Counted from the stretch's first letter, positions 9,054 to 17,430 are shown. The stretch is DNA of 64,000 nucleotides from an uncultured Candidatus Saccharibacteria bacterium (GCA_964410185.1 CAYPFM010000001.1:80860-144859); one strand, 5' to 3'. Program-made: numbers and translations. The notes: generated by a model not told the origin, from the letters alone.

Positions 9054-9721
9054 TTTACGTCCTTTGTCTCGATAGTTAGACTCTTGGCTGGCTGATAGTA
9101 GGTTTGCCCATCAATTGTCATCTGCAGACTGCTGTTACTGCCCGTCAGGGTGACCTGTTGTACGTTAATTGGTCGAATAGACCGCTCGAGTATTGTCAGG
9201 ATGTTCTTGGCGCCGGTGGCGTCGGTATCAAGCGAGACCTGGAACGGAATTGGCACAACCTGTGGTTTTGAACTCTCTGGCGCCTTCTGCTGGGCAATTT
9301 CATCATCGCTACCGGTGATAGACTTAACCTTAAAGCCATTGCCGGTCATAATCTTCTCCAGGCTACTGGTCAGCGCTGGGAAGTCATACTGGCTTGGTAG
9401 GGCGTCGAGCGTAACCTTGGCGTTATCGCCGTCTTTATCACCTGTGCCCTTCGGGTTGCCGCCCAAAACATTCTCGCTACTGCCGACGAACACCTTGTAT
9501 GAGTCAGCCAAGCTGTTGCTGGCCTTGATGTTGGCCTGAAGCTGTTTAACAGCTAGTTCCTTGCCCGCGATTACTCGTGATTGGTAGGCCCGTTTGCTGA
9601 GCAGCGCTCTGCCGGCCACCAGCGTGAAGGTCAAGGCAAAGGCGGCCAATGCAATAGCTGCCACCATTGTTGTGTTGGCTTTGTTGATTTGAACTCGTTT
9701 GAGTGAAATATTTGCCGCCAT
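9050..9721 (-). CDS. PilO-like pilus alignment protein (bitopic, coiled-coil)
   Basis: The 223-aa product has an N-terminal TM (MVAAIALAAFALTFTLVAG) followed by a predicted coiled-coil. It sits directly after pilM-pilN. Confidence 0.45.
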   Translation of the reverse strand: MAANISLKRVQINKANTTMVAAIALAAFALTFTLVAGRALLSKRAYQSRVIAGKELAVKQLQANIKASNSLADSYKVFVGSSENVLGGNPKGTGDKDGDNAKVTLDALPSQYDFPALTSSLEKIMTGNGFKVKSITGSDDEIAQQKAPESSKPQVVPIPFQVSLDTDATGAKNILTILERSIRPINVQQVTLTGSNSSLQMTIDGQTYYQPAKSLTIETKDVK

Positions 9722-9729
9722 CGTGTGCC

Positions 9730-10410
9730 CTATTGTTTTACCGTGTTAGTTTGCTGGAATAAATCGCCTGGCTTTTCGGTTTCGGAGCGAGTAGAGATAA
9801 TCTTGGGAACGACTAGAGTAACCTGCTTGGTGCCATCAAAGATGGTTGGATCGAAAACCGCCGAAATTTGATAAGTTACCGTCTTCTCGCCAGCCCCGAA
9901 CGATGTCAGGACAACGTTAGAAAAGGCTTTTTTGGCTTCGGGCTGATCGTTTGTCGTGTAGGTAGTGAACTTAAGTGTATCAACGTACTTGTTCACCGTG
10001 CTGAGCGCGTTGGCATTACCAGAAATTGTCAGCGTGTTGCCTCCTGGGAAATCAAGCTTGGTGCTAGAAATGGTTGCCTCGGCTGGCGTAAGCTTGGCGA
10101 GATAATCAATCAGCCGCGAGGTGTACGGCTTCTGCTCATGGAGCTGGGTCAAACTAGCCAGCTGGTTTTGAACGGTCAATATTTTGTCTAGGTTAGGAAT
10201 CGCCTTGAGCGCGGCGGTGTCTTTTTTGATGTCGTTATTCAAGTCACTAATATGCTTGGTTTGCAGGACGTTAACTACCAAGAATAAGCCAATAAAAATG
10301 GTGAGTGAAAAGGCTGTTACACCCGTTGCCACCAATAAAACCATGCGCTTACTGCGTCGAGCCTTAATAAACTCGACCTTTACGTCAGGAAGGAGGTTAA
10401 ACTGGATCAT
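9730..10410 (-). CDS. pilN: PilN-like fimbrial assembly protein
   Basis: It starts MIQFNLLPDVK... (the INLLP motif of PilN), followed by a single TM. It overlaps the pilM stop by 4 nt. Confidence 0.65.
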   Translation of the reverse strand: MIQFNLLPDVKVEFIKARRSKRMVLLVATGVTAFSLTIFIGLFLVVNVLQTKHISDLNNDIKKDTAALKAIPNLDKILTVQNQLASLTQLHEQKPYTSRLIDYLAKLTPAEATISSTKLDFPGGNTLTISGNANALSTVNKYVDTLKFTTYTTNDQPEAKKAFSNVVLTSFGAGEKTVTYQISAVFDPTIFDGTKQVTLVVPKIISTRSETEKPGDLFQQTNTVKQ

Positions 10411-11447
10411 TCCTGTCGCTCCGCCAAGCCCACGGCAACACCAAAGTTATTCGAAATTGCCATTAGCTCGTTCTGTCGTTCGGGTGGAAACGCGATGTTC
10501 CGCCAGGCGTTACCAATCTCTACGCTCACACCAAACTTGTTCGCGATGTAGGTTGGGAATTCTGGTAATGTCGAAGCGCCACCGGTGACAATAATTCGTT
10601 CTAACTTATTGGCAGGATAACGCGTCTGGAAGAACTTGATTGATTTCTCGATTTCGCCAACCAGTAGGTCGACAGTACTGATAATTGACTGGTAGACCTG
10701 CCCTTCGAGCTTGTCTTTACTCAAACCAAACTTAAAGACGAACTGTTCAGCCTGAGCTTCTTCGATACTCAGATTCTGCATGGCCGCTCGAACGATGGCT
10801 TCGGTTCCAGTTGGGATTGAACGTGTTAGGCGCGGCGCGTCGTTAAAGGTAACGACTATGTCCGCACTCTGGTGGCCAACATCGATAACCATCTGGGCCG
10901 CGGCGGTACCAGGTGCCACCATGGCGCGGGCCAAGGCCAGGTTGTCGGGCTCAAAAGCGATAACGTTCAGGCCAATTGATTCCAGCATATCCAATCGCTT
11001 CTCGACAAAGTCGTTGCTCACACTGGTCAGGAGAACTTCGACCTTGGTCTTGTCTTTGGGTGAATCCCCTATCACAGCCCAGTCAATTTTTGATTCGGCT
11101 AGTGGCGTAGGAATGATTGAATCGGCCTGGAAGCGAATTGATTTAGCCAGCTCAGCTGGTGATAATCGATCGATATCAACAACGGTAGTAAAGACCTTTT
11201 GTGATGGAATACCAACGGCAACATTGCGGGTATCGATGTGCGACTGACTAATTAGCTCCTTTAGGACCTGGACTAACTTTTGCTGATCGGCGTTGGCATC
11301 ACTGGCGGCGATCTTAGGATCAACTGGTGTGTGAGCGTATTTAATGAGCTGCCGGGACGAACCGGTACCGTGTAATTGAACCAACCTGATAGCTGTGGTG
11401 CCCAGGTCGAGTCCAAAGAAATCTGATACACCAGTAATAAGACTCAT
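10407..11447 (-). CDS. pilM: PilM, actin-like ATPase of the pilus alignment complex
   Basis: The 346-aa product has FGLDLGTTAIRLVQL (phosphate-1 motif of the actin/HSP70 fold) and IIVTGGASTLPEF. Confidence 0.85.
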   Translation of the reverse strand: MSLITGVSDFFGLDLGTTAIRLVQLHGTGSSRQLIKYAHTPVDPKIAASDANADQQKLVQVLKELISQSHIDTRNVAVGIPSQKVFTTVVDIDRLSPAELAKSIRFQADSIIPTPLAESKIDWAVIGDSPKDKTKVEVLLTSVSNDFVEKRLDMLESIGLNVIAFEPDNLALARAMVAPGTAAAQMVIDVGHQSADIVVTFNDAPRLTRSIPTGTEAIVRAAMQNLSIEEAQAEQFVFKFGLSKDKLEGQVYQSIISTVDLLVGEIEKSIKFFQTRYPANKLERIIVTGGASTLPEFPTYIANKFGVSVEIGNAWRNIAFPPERQNELMAISNNFGVAVGLAERQE

Positions 11448-11492
11448 ATTACTTCGATTATAGCATAAGCGTCATGCTTGTACGCAAGCCTT

Positions 11493-14327
11493 TTATAAGA
11501 CTGGCGGCAAGCTGGTAATTGATTGGTAGACATTCGAGCCGGTCGTGTTGCCAATGACCGAATCAAGTATTGATGGTGTCGGTGCTAAATACATTTCTTG
11601 ACTGAAGTTAAAGATCTCGGCGATGTTACCATCCAGGCCGGTTGTCGTTGCTGGCGGGCCCTCGTTAAACGGTATATACGGCTGCGCCACTGGCTTTGGC
11701 GTACACAACCAACTATTCACCATCCAACCCGTTCCACTCGTATCCGGGTCAGCCGGCTCATAGACCAACGTACAGTTCTTACTTAAGTCATTACTGCTAC
11801 TCCAGCTAAACTGCGGGTTGGTTGTCGATGCAGGCCAACAGACAGCGTTATCAAGCCAGGCCCCCGTATTGTGATGCCTTGGTGCCCAGCTAAAACAACT
11901 GTCGCCTGCGTGTCGGTAACCAGCACTGGCTGAGATACCCGGCAACCAGGCCCAATAGAAATTAGGTTGGCTCGTGCACAACCAGTTGTCGTCCCAGCTT
12001 GGGCTGCCGCTTTCTGGAGTTGCGAAGCAATTCGCACCACCGGGGTTTCCGGCTGAGCTCCAGACCGTAGTCACTGATGCGGGGGTTGGGGTTGGGTTAG
12101 GAATACTATTCTCGACGGTTCCCCTGGCCCGCTGAAATTTAACCTGGTTAGCGATAAACGAACCAGTGATGGTGAGGTTCTTTTGGCAATTGTTATAGAT
12201 GTCTTTGGCGAGGAAGAGGCTGAGCCCATTGGTACAGGTATAAATGGTGCCCTTGGTGCCATCGTCTCGCGGCTGCGCGATGTAGACGCCATCGAGCTGC
12301 GTCACGTTAGGGCCAATGTAAATGTTGCCCTTGGCGATTAAGTAGTAGCTCGGAATCGCTGATGTGTCTGACCATGAAGTGTTTTGGAAAGTGATGTTGG
12401 CATTAATGTAGGCGTCGCCATCCACGAAGCGAACAACCTGGCTACTGTCTGGGATGCTTTGCGGGAAGCCAAAGGCGATGGTGGTACCGCCCGGCAGTAT
12501 GACTGGATTCTTAGTGGCATCCTTACTGGCACTGTAGTAGTCCGGTATACAACGATACATGCCGCTGTACCCACTATTATCCTCAGTCACACCAGTTGGT
12601 GTACCGCCGTTATTGATCATATTACCAAAGCTCAAATCATTCGGGGTTGTCGGGGCCGTTAAGCCGTTTCGGGTTCCGGCCGTGTTGAACTTGTAGATCT
12701 GACCCAAGGCAAGTGCGCCAAACTGACTGGAGGCACCACCATAGTATGTGCCGCTTCCGCTCGTGACCTTCTTGTTGAAGGCCCAGATGCTAGCGGGCGG
12801 CTGCCCCGCCGTAGTCTTGGCACCGGGCGTACAGGTGCCGGTGGCCGGCGAATCCATAAACTTCCCCCCAGCCGCGACATCATTACCAAAGACTTTGAGA
12901 TACGGCTTGGCGGCGATGTTAAAGCTGCTCGAGCATGGCTTATTAAACTCGGCTTGGCTAATTGTCGCATTGGCTGTTAATGATCCCGGCCCCGCTTGGA
13001 CATATGGCCCGAATGGATGCGACGCACCAGTCCGAGACGATGGGAACGCAAACGTCTGGACGCCATTCAAGTTCATGGTGCCAAGCGGTGCGATGGCGCG
13101 ACCTTGCGAGCCCGGACTGTAGGTGTAGTTTAGCTGCGCCGTATAGGATACACCGACTTCTGGTGAGCCTGGCGTAATAGTGACGGTACAAGCCGGTGGT
13201 ACACAGCTATTTAACGAGGCCCTGCCACCATCTGGCTGGTGATAGAGCTCTAGGTTATTGCCATTCATTGATCCATCCGGATTTCGGCCGATACCATAGA
13301 CGAACACATCGTGCTGGTAGGCATCGCCAAATCTATCCAAGTCTGCCTTGGGCACCACGAACCAGTCGTGCCAATTTGGCACTCCCGTTCCATACGGCGG
13401 TTTTCCCGGCCCAATCACCGTTCCGTTAAGCGTCAACGGATACTGGCTAGCGTCATAAGCACCAACGAAGACCTGCTTATTCAGGTCGTTCGGGTCAACA
13501 TGATTGATATATACATGGACTTGGGTCCAGTCGTAATCTGGATCTTGCATCGATCCAACTAAGCCCGCTTGGACAGTATAGGTATTATTATTTCGATGCG
13601 CGTAGGTAAAGTCCCCCAGGTCACAGCCCCATGCAAAGAGGCCACCCCGGACTGGCCGATCGTTAATCGTAACATTCATCCGCAGCGTAGAACCACCTCT
13701 ACTGTTACACGCACCAAAGTCATTGCCGTCTGCTGGCTTACCGCTTGCAGGGAAACCCGGGCTGACAACACATTGGTACCCTAACGAAGCAAAGTAGTTA
13801 ATCTTTTTATCCTCAGCAAAAATCGTATAGGTACCAGGGTTCGTGAAGCCCCCGCCTGGCCCGTAGTTGAACACCATTGAGGTGATGCTCACATCACCCT
13901 GGTTCGGACCGTATGTATAGCCGAGAATTTGCCCGTCTAAGCTGGGCACGGTTGGCGATGTGCTAACCACCTTGGTGTTGGTCGAAATGAGGTTATGGTC
14001 GACTGCGCTACAAACCACACCAGCGACGTTATATTGAATCGGCACCGAGGCTTGGCCATAATTCACGCTTATGTCTGCCGTGGTTGACGGGTCACCAGGC
14101 GGCGATAGCCAGGCAGTTTGAGCGTTGCTATTGTTGGTGTAGCCACAGTTAGCGAGATAGTCAGTAACCTCGGCAGGCATAGCTGGGAAATTCCCGGTCG
14201 GAACGGCGGCGGCATGTGCCTTCCCACCTAATCCGATACTAAGCGCTACCGAAAGTACCACGCCGAGTGCTGCTGCGTAAGCCAGCTTGGTTCTGAGATT
14301 TCGTGGCAGGAACATTTGATGCATCAT
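11493..14327 (-). CDS. Large secreted protein at the head of the pilus operon (candidate adhesin; function unknown)
   Basis: The 944-aa product has a Sec signal peptide (...LGGKAHA|AAVP). It is Gly/Asn/Thr/Pro-rich and carries three C-terminal Cys/Trp repeats (aa 766-880). It overlaps the upstream gene as ATGA. Confidence 0.7.
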   Translation of the reverse strand: MMHQMFLPRNLRTKLAYAAALGVVLSVALSIGLGGKAHAAAVPTGNFPAMPAEVTDYLANCGYTNNSNAQTAWLSPPGDPSTTADISVNYGQASVPIQYNVAGVVCSAVDHNLISTNTKVVSTSPTVPSLDGQILGYTYGPNQGDVSITSMVFNYGPGGGFTNPGTYTIFAEDKKINYFASLGYQCVVSPGFPASGKPADGNDFGACNSRGGSTLRMNVTINDRPVRGGLFAWGCDLGDFTYAHRNNNTYTVQAGLVGSMQDPDYDWTQVHVYINHVDPNDLNKQVFVGAYDASQYPLTLNGTVIGPGKPPYGTGVPNWHDWFVVPKADLDRFGDAYQHDVFVYGIGRNPDGSMNGNNLELYHQPDGGRASLNSCVPPACTVTITPGSPEVGVSYTAQLNYTYSPGSQGRAIAPLGTMNLNGVQTFAFPSSRTGASHPFGPYVQAGPGSLTANATISQAEFNKPCSSSFNIAAKPYLKVFGNDVAAGGKFMDSPATGTCTPGAKTTAGQPPASIWAFNKKVTSGSGTYYGGASSQFGALALGQIYKFNTAGTRNGLTAPTTPNDLSFGNMINNGGTPTGVTEDNSGYSGMYRCIPDYYSASKDATKNPVILPGGTTIAFGFPQSIPDSSQVVRFVDGDAYINANITFQNTSWSDTSAIPSYYLIAKGNIYIGPNVTQLDGVYIAQPRDDGTKGTIYTCTNGLSLFLAKDIYNNCQKNLTITGSFIANQVKFQRARGTVENSIPNPTPTPASVTTVWSSAGNPGGANCFATPESGSPSWDDNWLCTSQPNFYWAWLPGISASAGYRHAGDSCFSWAPRHHNTGAWLDNAVCWPASTTNPQFSWSSSNDLSKNCTLVYEPADPDTSGTGWMVNSWLCTPKPVAQPYIPFNEGPPATTTGLDGNIAEIFNFSQEMYLAPTPSILDSVIGNTTGSNVYQSITSLPPVL

Positions 14328-14899
14328 ACCGGTAAACTCTTCCCGTTTTTAATAAGATCCTGCTTAAACTTCTCTAGGAATTCGATGCTGGACTTGAGTT
14401 TATACGGCCGTGGCGCACTTATGATCGCGTTGTCGTAGCCCTTGTTTGGCTTATAAACCGCATTTAGTTTTTCGTAATACTGTCGCGCATTGGTGCTATC
14501 GCCCAAGTTGACGTAGTAGACAGTAACCACTGCCAGGCAGTTAGGGTCGCGGTCGTAGTCTGGTAGGGCTTTTATCTTGTCAACGATTGGCTTGAGCTGC
14601 GCCCGTTGAGTCGGCTTCAGCAGTGGCGCGGCTTGGGCCAAGATGCCATTGGCAGACTTATCTGTGCAGGCAGTCGACACCGTCGCGGCCTTCGGCTTGC
14701 TGGGCTGCGACTTTTTAAGGCCTACCCAAACACCGACCAGAATCAGCGCAACAATAATGACTACACCGGCAATAATGTACGGAAGCTTCTTCTTTTTATG
14801 GAAATCACCACTTACAACAGTCGGTTTGACTGTCTTCTTTTCACCCGAACGAGAAGTCTTCTTCCGGAAAGCTTTCATCTTATAGACAGCATACACCAT
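14324..14899 (-). CDS. Membrane-anchored protein, first gene of the pilus operon (unknown function)
   Basis: It has a Lys-rich N-terminus, one TM (LPYIIAGVVIIVALILVGVWVGL) and an extracytoplasmic helical, possibly TPR-like, domain. The start is ambiguous (14899 or 14878). Confidence 0.5.
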   Translation of the reverse strand: MVYAVYKMKAFRKKTSRSGEKKTVKPTVVSGDFHKKKKLPYIIAGVVIIVALILVGVWVGLKKSQPSKPKAATVSTACTDKSANGILAQAAPLLKPTQRAQLKPIVDKIKALPDYDRDPNCLAVVTVYYVNLGDSTNARQYYEKLNAVYKPNKGYDNAIISAPRPYKLKSSIEFLEKFKQDLIKNGKSLPV

Positions 14900-15101
14900 T
14901 TACGCTTATGTTTGAACTAGCCAAACAGATACCGGCTTAACCGCTTTGGCTAAACAATTTGATCTGCCCACAACGCCGGCACTTTATTTCAATCCGTCCG
15001 CGAAAGAATGGGCTCTTAAATAGGAGTTTGCCGCAACTGCAACGGTATTCGTGAAAAATGGGCTGTGGGTTTGTCATGCTTCTAGTTGTAACGAGGCATT
15101 A

Positions 15102-15164
15102 TTAAAAACTTCTTAAATTCGGAAGATTTTCGGGTTTGTGCATAAAAAGTTAAGAATCTTTTAA
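15102..15164. promoter_or_regulatory. Inverted pair of 15-nt TTAA-N7-TTAA motifs in the divergent pilus/regulator intergenic region
   Basis: TTAAAAACTTCTTAA (15102-15116) matches the reverse complement of TTAAGAATCTTTTAA (15150-15164) at 13 of 15 positions. The two copies are 33 nt apart and lie 26-88 nt upstream of the response-regulator ATG. Confidence 0.3.
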
Positions 15165-15189
15165 TATTTGTAGTATTTAATAGATTGAG

Positions 15190-15864
15190 ATGAGCAAGGT
15201 ATTAGTCGTCGAAGACAATCAGCCCCTAGCCAAAAGCCTCCAGAATTGGCTGAGCAAACACTACGAGGTCACCTTAGTGACGACTGGTCATAAAGCCATC
15301 AAAGCCTTAACAACCCGCGATTACGACGTCGTACTCCTCGACCTGGGGCTACCCGATATGAGCGGCCAAGAGGTTTGCAACGAAGTCCGTCACAAAGGTA
15401 TCAAAACGCCTATCCTGGTACTGACTGCCACCGACGAGGTCAGCATGAAAGTTAATATGCTCGATATTGGCGCCGACGACTACCTACTCAAGCCGTTCTA
15501 TGTTGGTGAACTAAAAGCGCGCTTGCGTGCCCTGCTCCGGCGCGGCAACTCGACAACCGCCAACATTCTCAAGGTCGGCGACTTGGTGCTCGACCCAGAC
15601 CGCCGCCAGGTGAGGCGCGGTGAAACATTCATCGAGCTGCGCCGCAAAGAGTTCGACATCCTGGAATACCTCATGCAAAATCGCGGAACCGTTGTTACCA
15701 GAGCCATGATCATTAATAACAGCTGGGATCCGGGCGCAGACCGCTGGAACAATACCGTTGATGTGCACATCAAATACCTGCGCGACAAAATCGATCGCCC
15801 CTTCCCTCACAAACTCATCAAAACTGCTTACGGGGTGGGCTACATGATCGATGACGCAACCTAG
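15190..15864 (+). CDS. OmpR-family response regulator (receiver + winged-helix)
   Basis: The receiver has VLVVEDN, the phospho-acceptor context VVLLDLGLPD, and LVLTA and KPF. The C-terminus is a Trans_reg_C-type winged helix (LRRKEFDILEYLMQN...VDVHIKYLRDKI...GVGY). Confidence 0.9.
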   Translation: MSKVLVVEDNQPLAKSLQNWLSKHYEVTLVTTGHKAIKALTTRDYDVVLLDLGLPDMSGQEVCNEVRHKGIKTPILVLTATDEVSMKVNMLDIGADDYLLKPFYVGELKARLRALLRRGNSTTANILKVGDLVLDPDRRQVRRGETFIELRRKEFDILEYLMQNRGTVVTRAMIINNSWDPGADRWNNTVDVHIKYLRDKIDRPFPHKLIKTAYGVGYMIDDAT

Positions 15865-15892
15865 TCGACATGCAGCTAGTTTCAATTAATAT
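15865..15892 (+). promoter_or_regulatory. Candidate sigma70-type promoter for the small peptide gene
   Basis: TCGACA (15865-15870), a 16-nt spacer and TAATAT (15887-15892). This would give a short leader that still contains the SD. Confidence 0.3.
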
Positions 15893-15910
15893 GGAAGAAA
15901 GGAGTTCGCC

Positions 15911-16018
15911 ATGACAGACGCCATCACCAGCATCCTCACCGATGCCACAGCCCGCGACACTGCCACCGTCGAAGCCACCCTACTCACGCAGGCCGTGGCT
16001 ACACCTTGGGTCAACTAA
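15911..16018 (+). CDS. Unannotated 35-aa peptide MTDAITSILTDATARDTATVEATLLTQAVATPWVN (candidate signalling/RiPP precursor)
   Basis: Near-ideal SD AAAGGAG (15898-15904) sits 6 nt before the ATG. The ORF lies between the response regulator and the histidine kinase on the same strand and is followed by a 9-bp hairpin. It falls below the apparent length cutoff of the ORF track. Confidence 0.5.
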   Translation: MTDAITSILTDATARDTATVEATLLTQAVATPWVN

Positions 16019-16023
16019 AACAC

Positions 16024-16049
16024 TGTAGCCGGTTGGTTGGCCGGCTACA
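16024..16049 (+). terminator. Stem-loop after the peptide ORF (attenuator or partial terminator)
   Basis: TGTAGCCGG-ttggttgg-CCGGCTACA forms a 9-bp stem starting 6 nt after the stop. The downstream U-tract is weak (ctaacTTTCTaaaa), so it is probably leaky. Confidence 0.4.
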
Positions 16050-16065
16050 CTAACTTTCTAAAATC

Positions 16066-17430
16066 ATGAAAAATCTTTACCGCATTCTCATTGAACCCCG
16101 CTCGTCAGAACTAGATATTCGTAACCGTGAACGTGTCCTGAACTATGTCCTTGTTGGCTTGCTGACATTGGTGGCTGCAGAATTCATGAACTCTGTTTTA
16201 GGCTTTGCTGTTAGCGGGCAGCACCTGAGCTTTTATCGGATGCTTTCGTTCTTCGTCGTACTAGCCATTTTCACAACCTTGTACTGGCTGGCGCATTGGC
16301 GTGGCTACATCAAAATTGCGGGCTTATCAGTAGTGATACTTCTGCTCATTATCACTGCAGCAGTTATCTTGGGCTGGGGCATTCTAACACCCACAGGGGT
16401 TCTTCTGTTCGGTCTCATCATCGTTATGGCGGGCATCCTGCTTGGGGCGCGGTACGCGTTGTACACTGCCCTGCTCAGCATTGGTTTACTGTCGCTGTTT
16501 GAATACCTTAAGGTTCGCCATGTGGTGACGCCAAACTTGGCCTGGATGCAGCGACCATCGAGTTTCAGTGACATCATGGGTTTCGCTGTTATCTACGTCA
16601 TTATTGCGCTGGTGTCGTGGCTATACAACCAGCAGATGGAGCGGTCCTTAAAACGGGTGCAGCAATCCGAGGCAGCGCTAGAACGACAGAACGAGCGGCT
16701 GGAGGCAACCGTCAAAGAACGAACCGCGGAGCTGGAAAGCGCGCAGCTAGAACGGCTGCAGCAAGTCTACCGGTTTGCGGAATTGGGTCGGATTAGTAGC
16801 GCCCTCTTCCATGATTTAGCCAACCATCTAACGGCTGTTTCTTTGGACATTGAGGGGTTGGGTAATAGTCAAAAATCGGAGCTGATGCTTCGGGTGCAAG
16901 CTGACATCGGCTACATCGATGATGTCGTGCAGCGGGTCCGTCTGCAGCTGCGCGGCCAGGGTTCAGTGGAGCGGTTCAACGTGGCCTCCGAAATTAATAA
17001 AGTGCTTAAGATTTTGAATTACAAAATGGTTCAATCAAAAATCACCTTTCATTTTCAAAAGCCTAAAAAGACCATCTACCTGGAAACTGATGTCATCCCT
17101 TTTCGGCAAATCATTAGTAATCTCATCAGCAACGCCATAGACGCCAGCAATCATAAAAACGCGCCGACCCGTAAGATTGCGGTCCAACTTAGTGAAGTTG
17201 ATGGTGCCATCATCATAGCGGTCACCGATTGGGGTATCGGCATTAAGGCCGCTCAACAAAGCAAGATATTCGAGCCCTTTTACAGTAGCAAAACCGATGG
17301 TACGGGCATTGGATTATTCATCGTTAAACAAATTGTCGAGAATGATCTGCATGGCCGCATCACTGTTTCTTCAAGCCCCAAAACTGGCACCATATTCACC
17401 GTAAGTCTGCCCAGCCATGGAGTCCGCTAG
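16066..17430 (+). CDS. Sensor histidine kinase with a 6-TM membrane-embedded sensor and no periplasmic domain
   Basis: Six hydrophobic helices span aa 24-187 with very short loops, followed by a coiled-coil linker. Catalytic motifs are H-box SALFH(249)DLANHL, N-box LISNAIDAS, G1 DWGIGI, F-box FEPFYSSK and G2 GTGIGLFIVKQIV. Confidence 0.9.
   Translation: MKNLYRILIEPRSSELDIRNRERVLNYVLVGLLTLVAAEFMNSVLGFAVSGQHLSFYRMLSFFVVLAIFTTLYWLAHWRGYIKIAGLSVVILLLIITAAVILGWGILTPTGVLLFGLIIVMAGILLGARYALYTALLSIGLLSLFEYLKVRHVVTPNLAWMQRPSSFSDIMGFAVIYVIIALVSWLYNQQMERSLKRVQQSEAALERQNERLEATVKERTAELESAQLERLQQVYRFAELGRISSALFHDLANHLTAVSLDIEGLGNSQKSELMLRVQADIGYIDDVVQRVRLQLRGQGSVERFNVASEINKVLKILNYKMVQSKITFHFQKPKKTIYLETDVIPFRQIISNLISNAIDASNHKNAPTRKIAVQLSEVDGAIIIAVTDWGIGIKAAQQSKIFEPFYSSKTDGTGIGLFIVKQIVENDLHGRITVSSSPKTGTIFTVSLPSHGVR

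Noticed and set aside
15059-15106. 15-codon ORF (MGCGFVMLLVVTRHY) in the pilus/regulator intergenic region, downstream of a TAGGAG sequence
   Set aside because: The SD-like TAGGAG lies about 33 nt upstream of the ATG, which is too far. The ORF is tiny and hydrophobic by chance composition, and nothing supports it.
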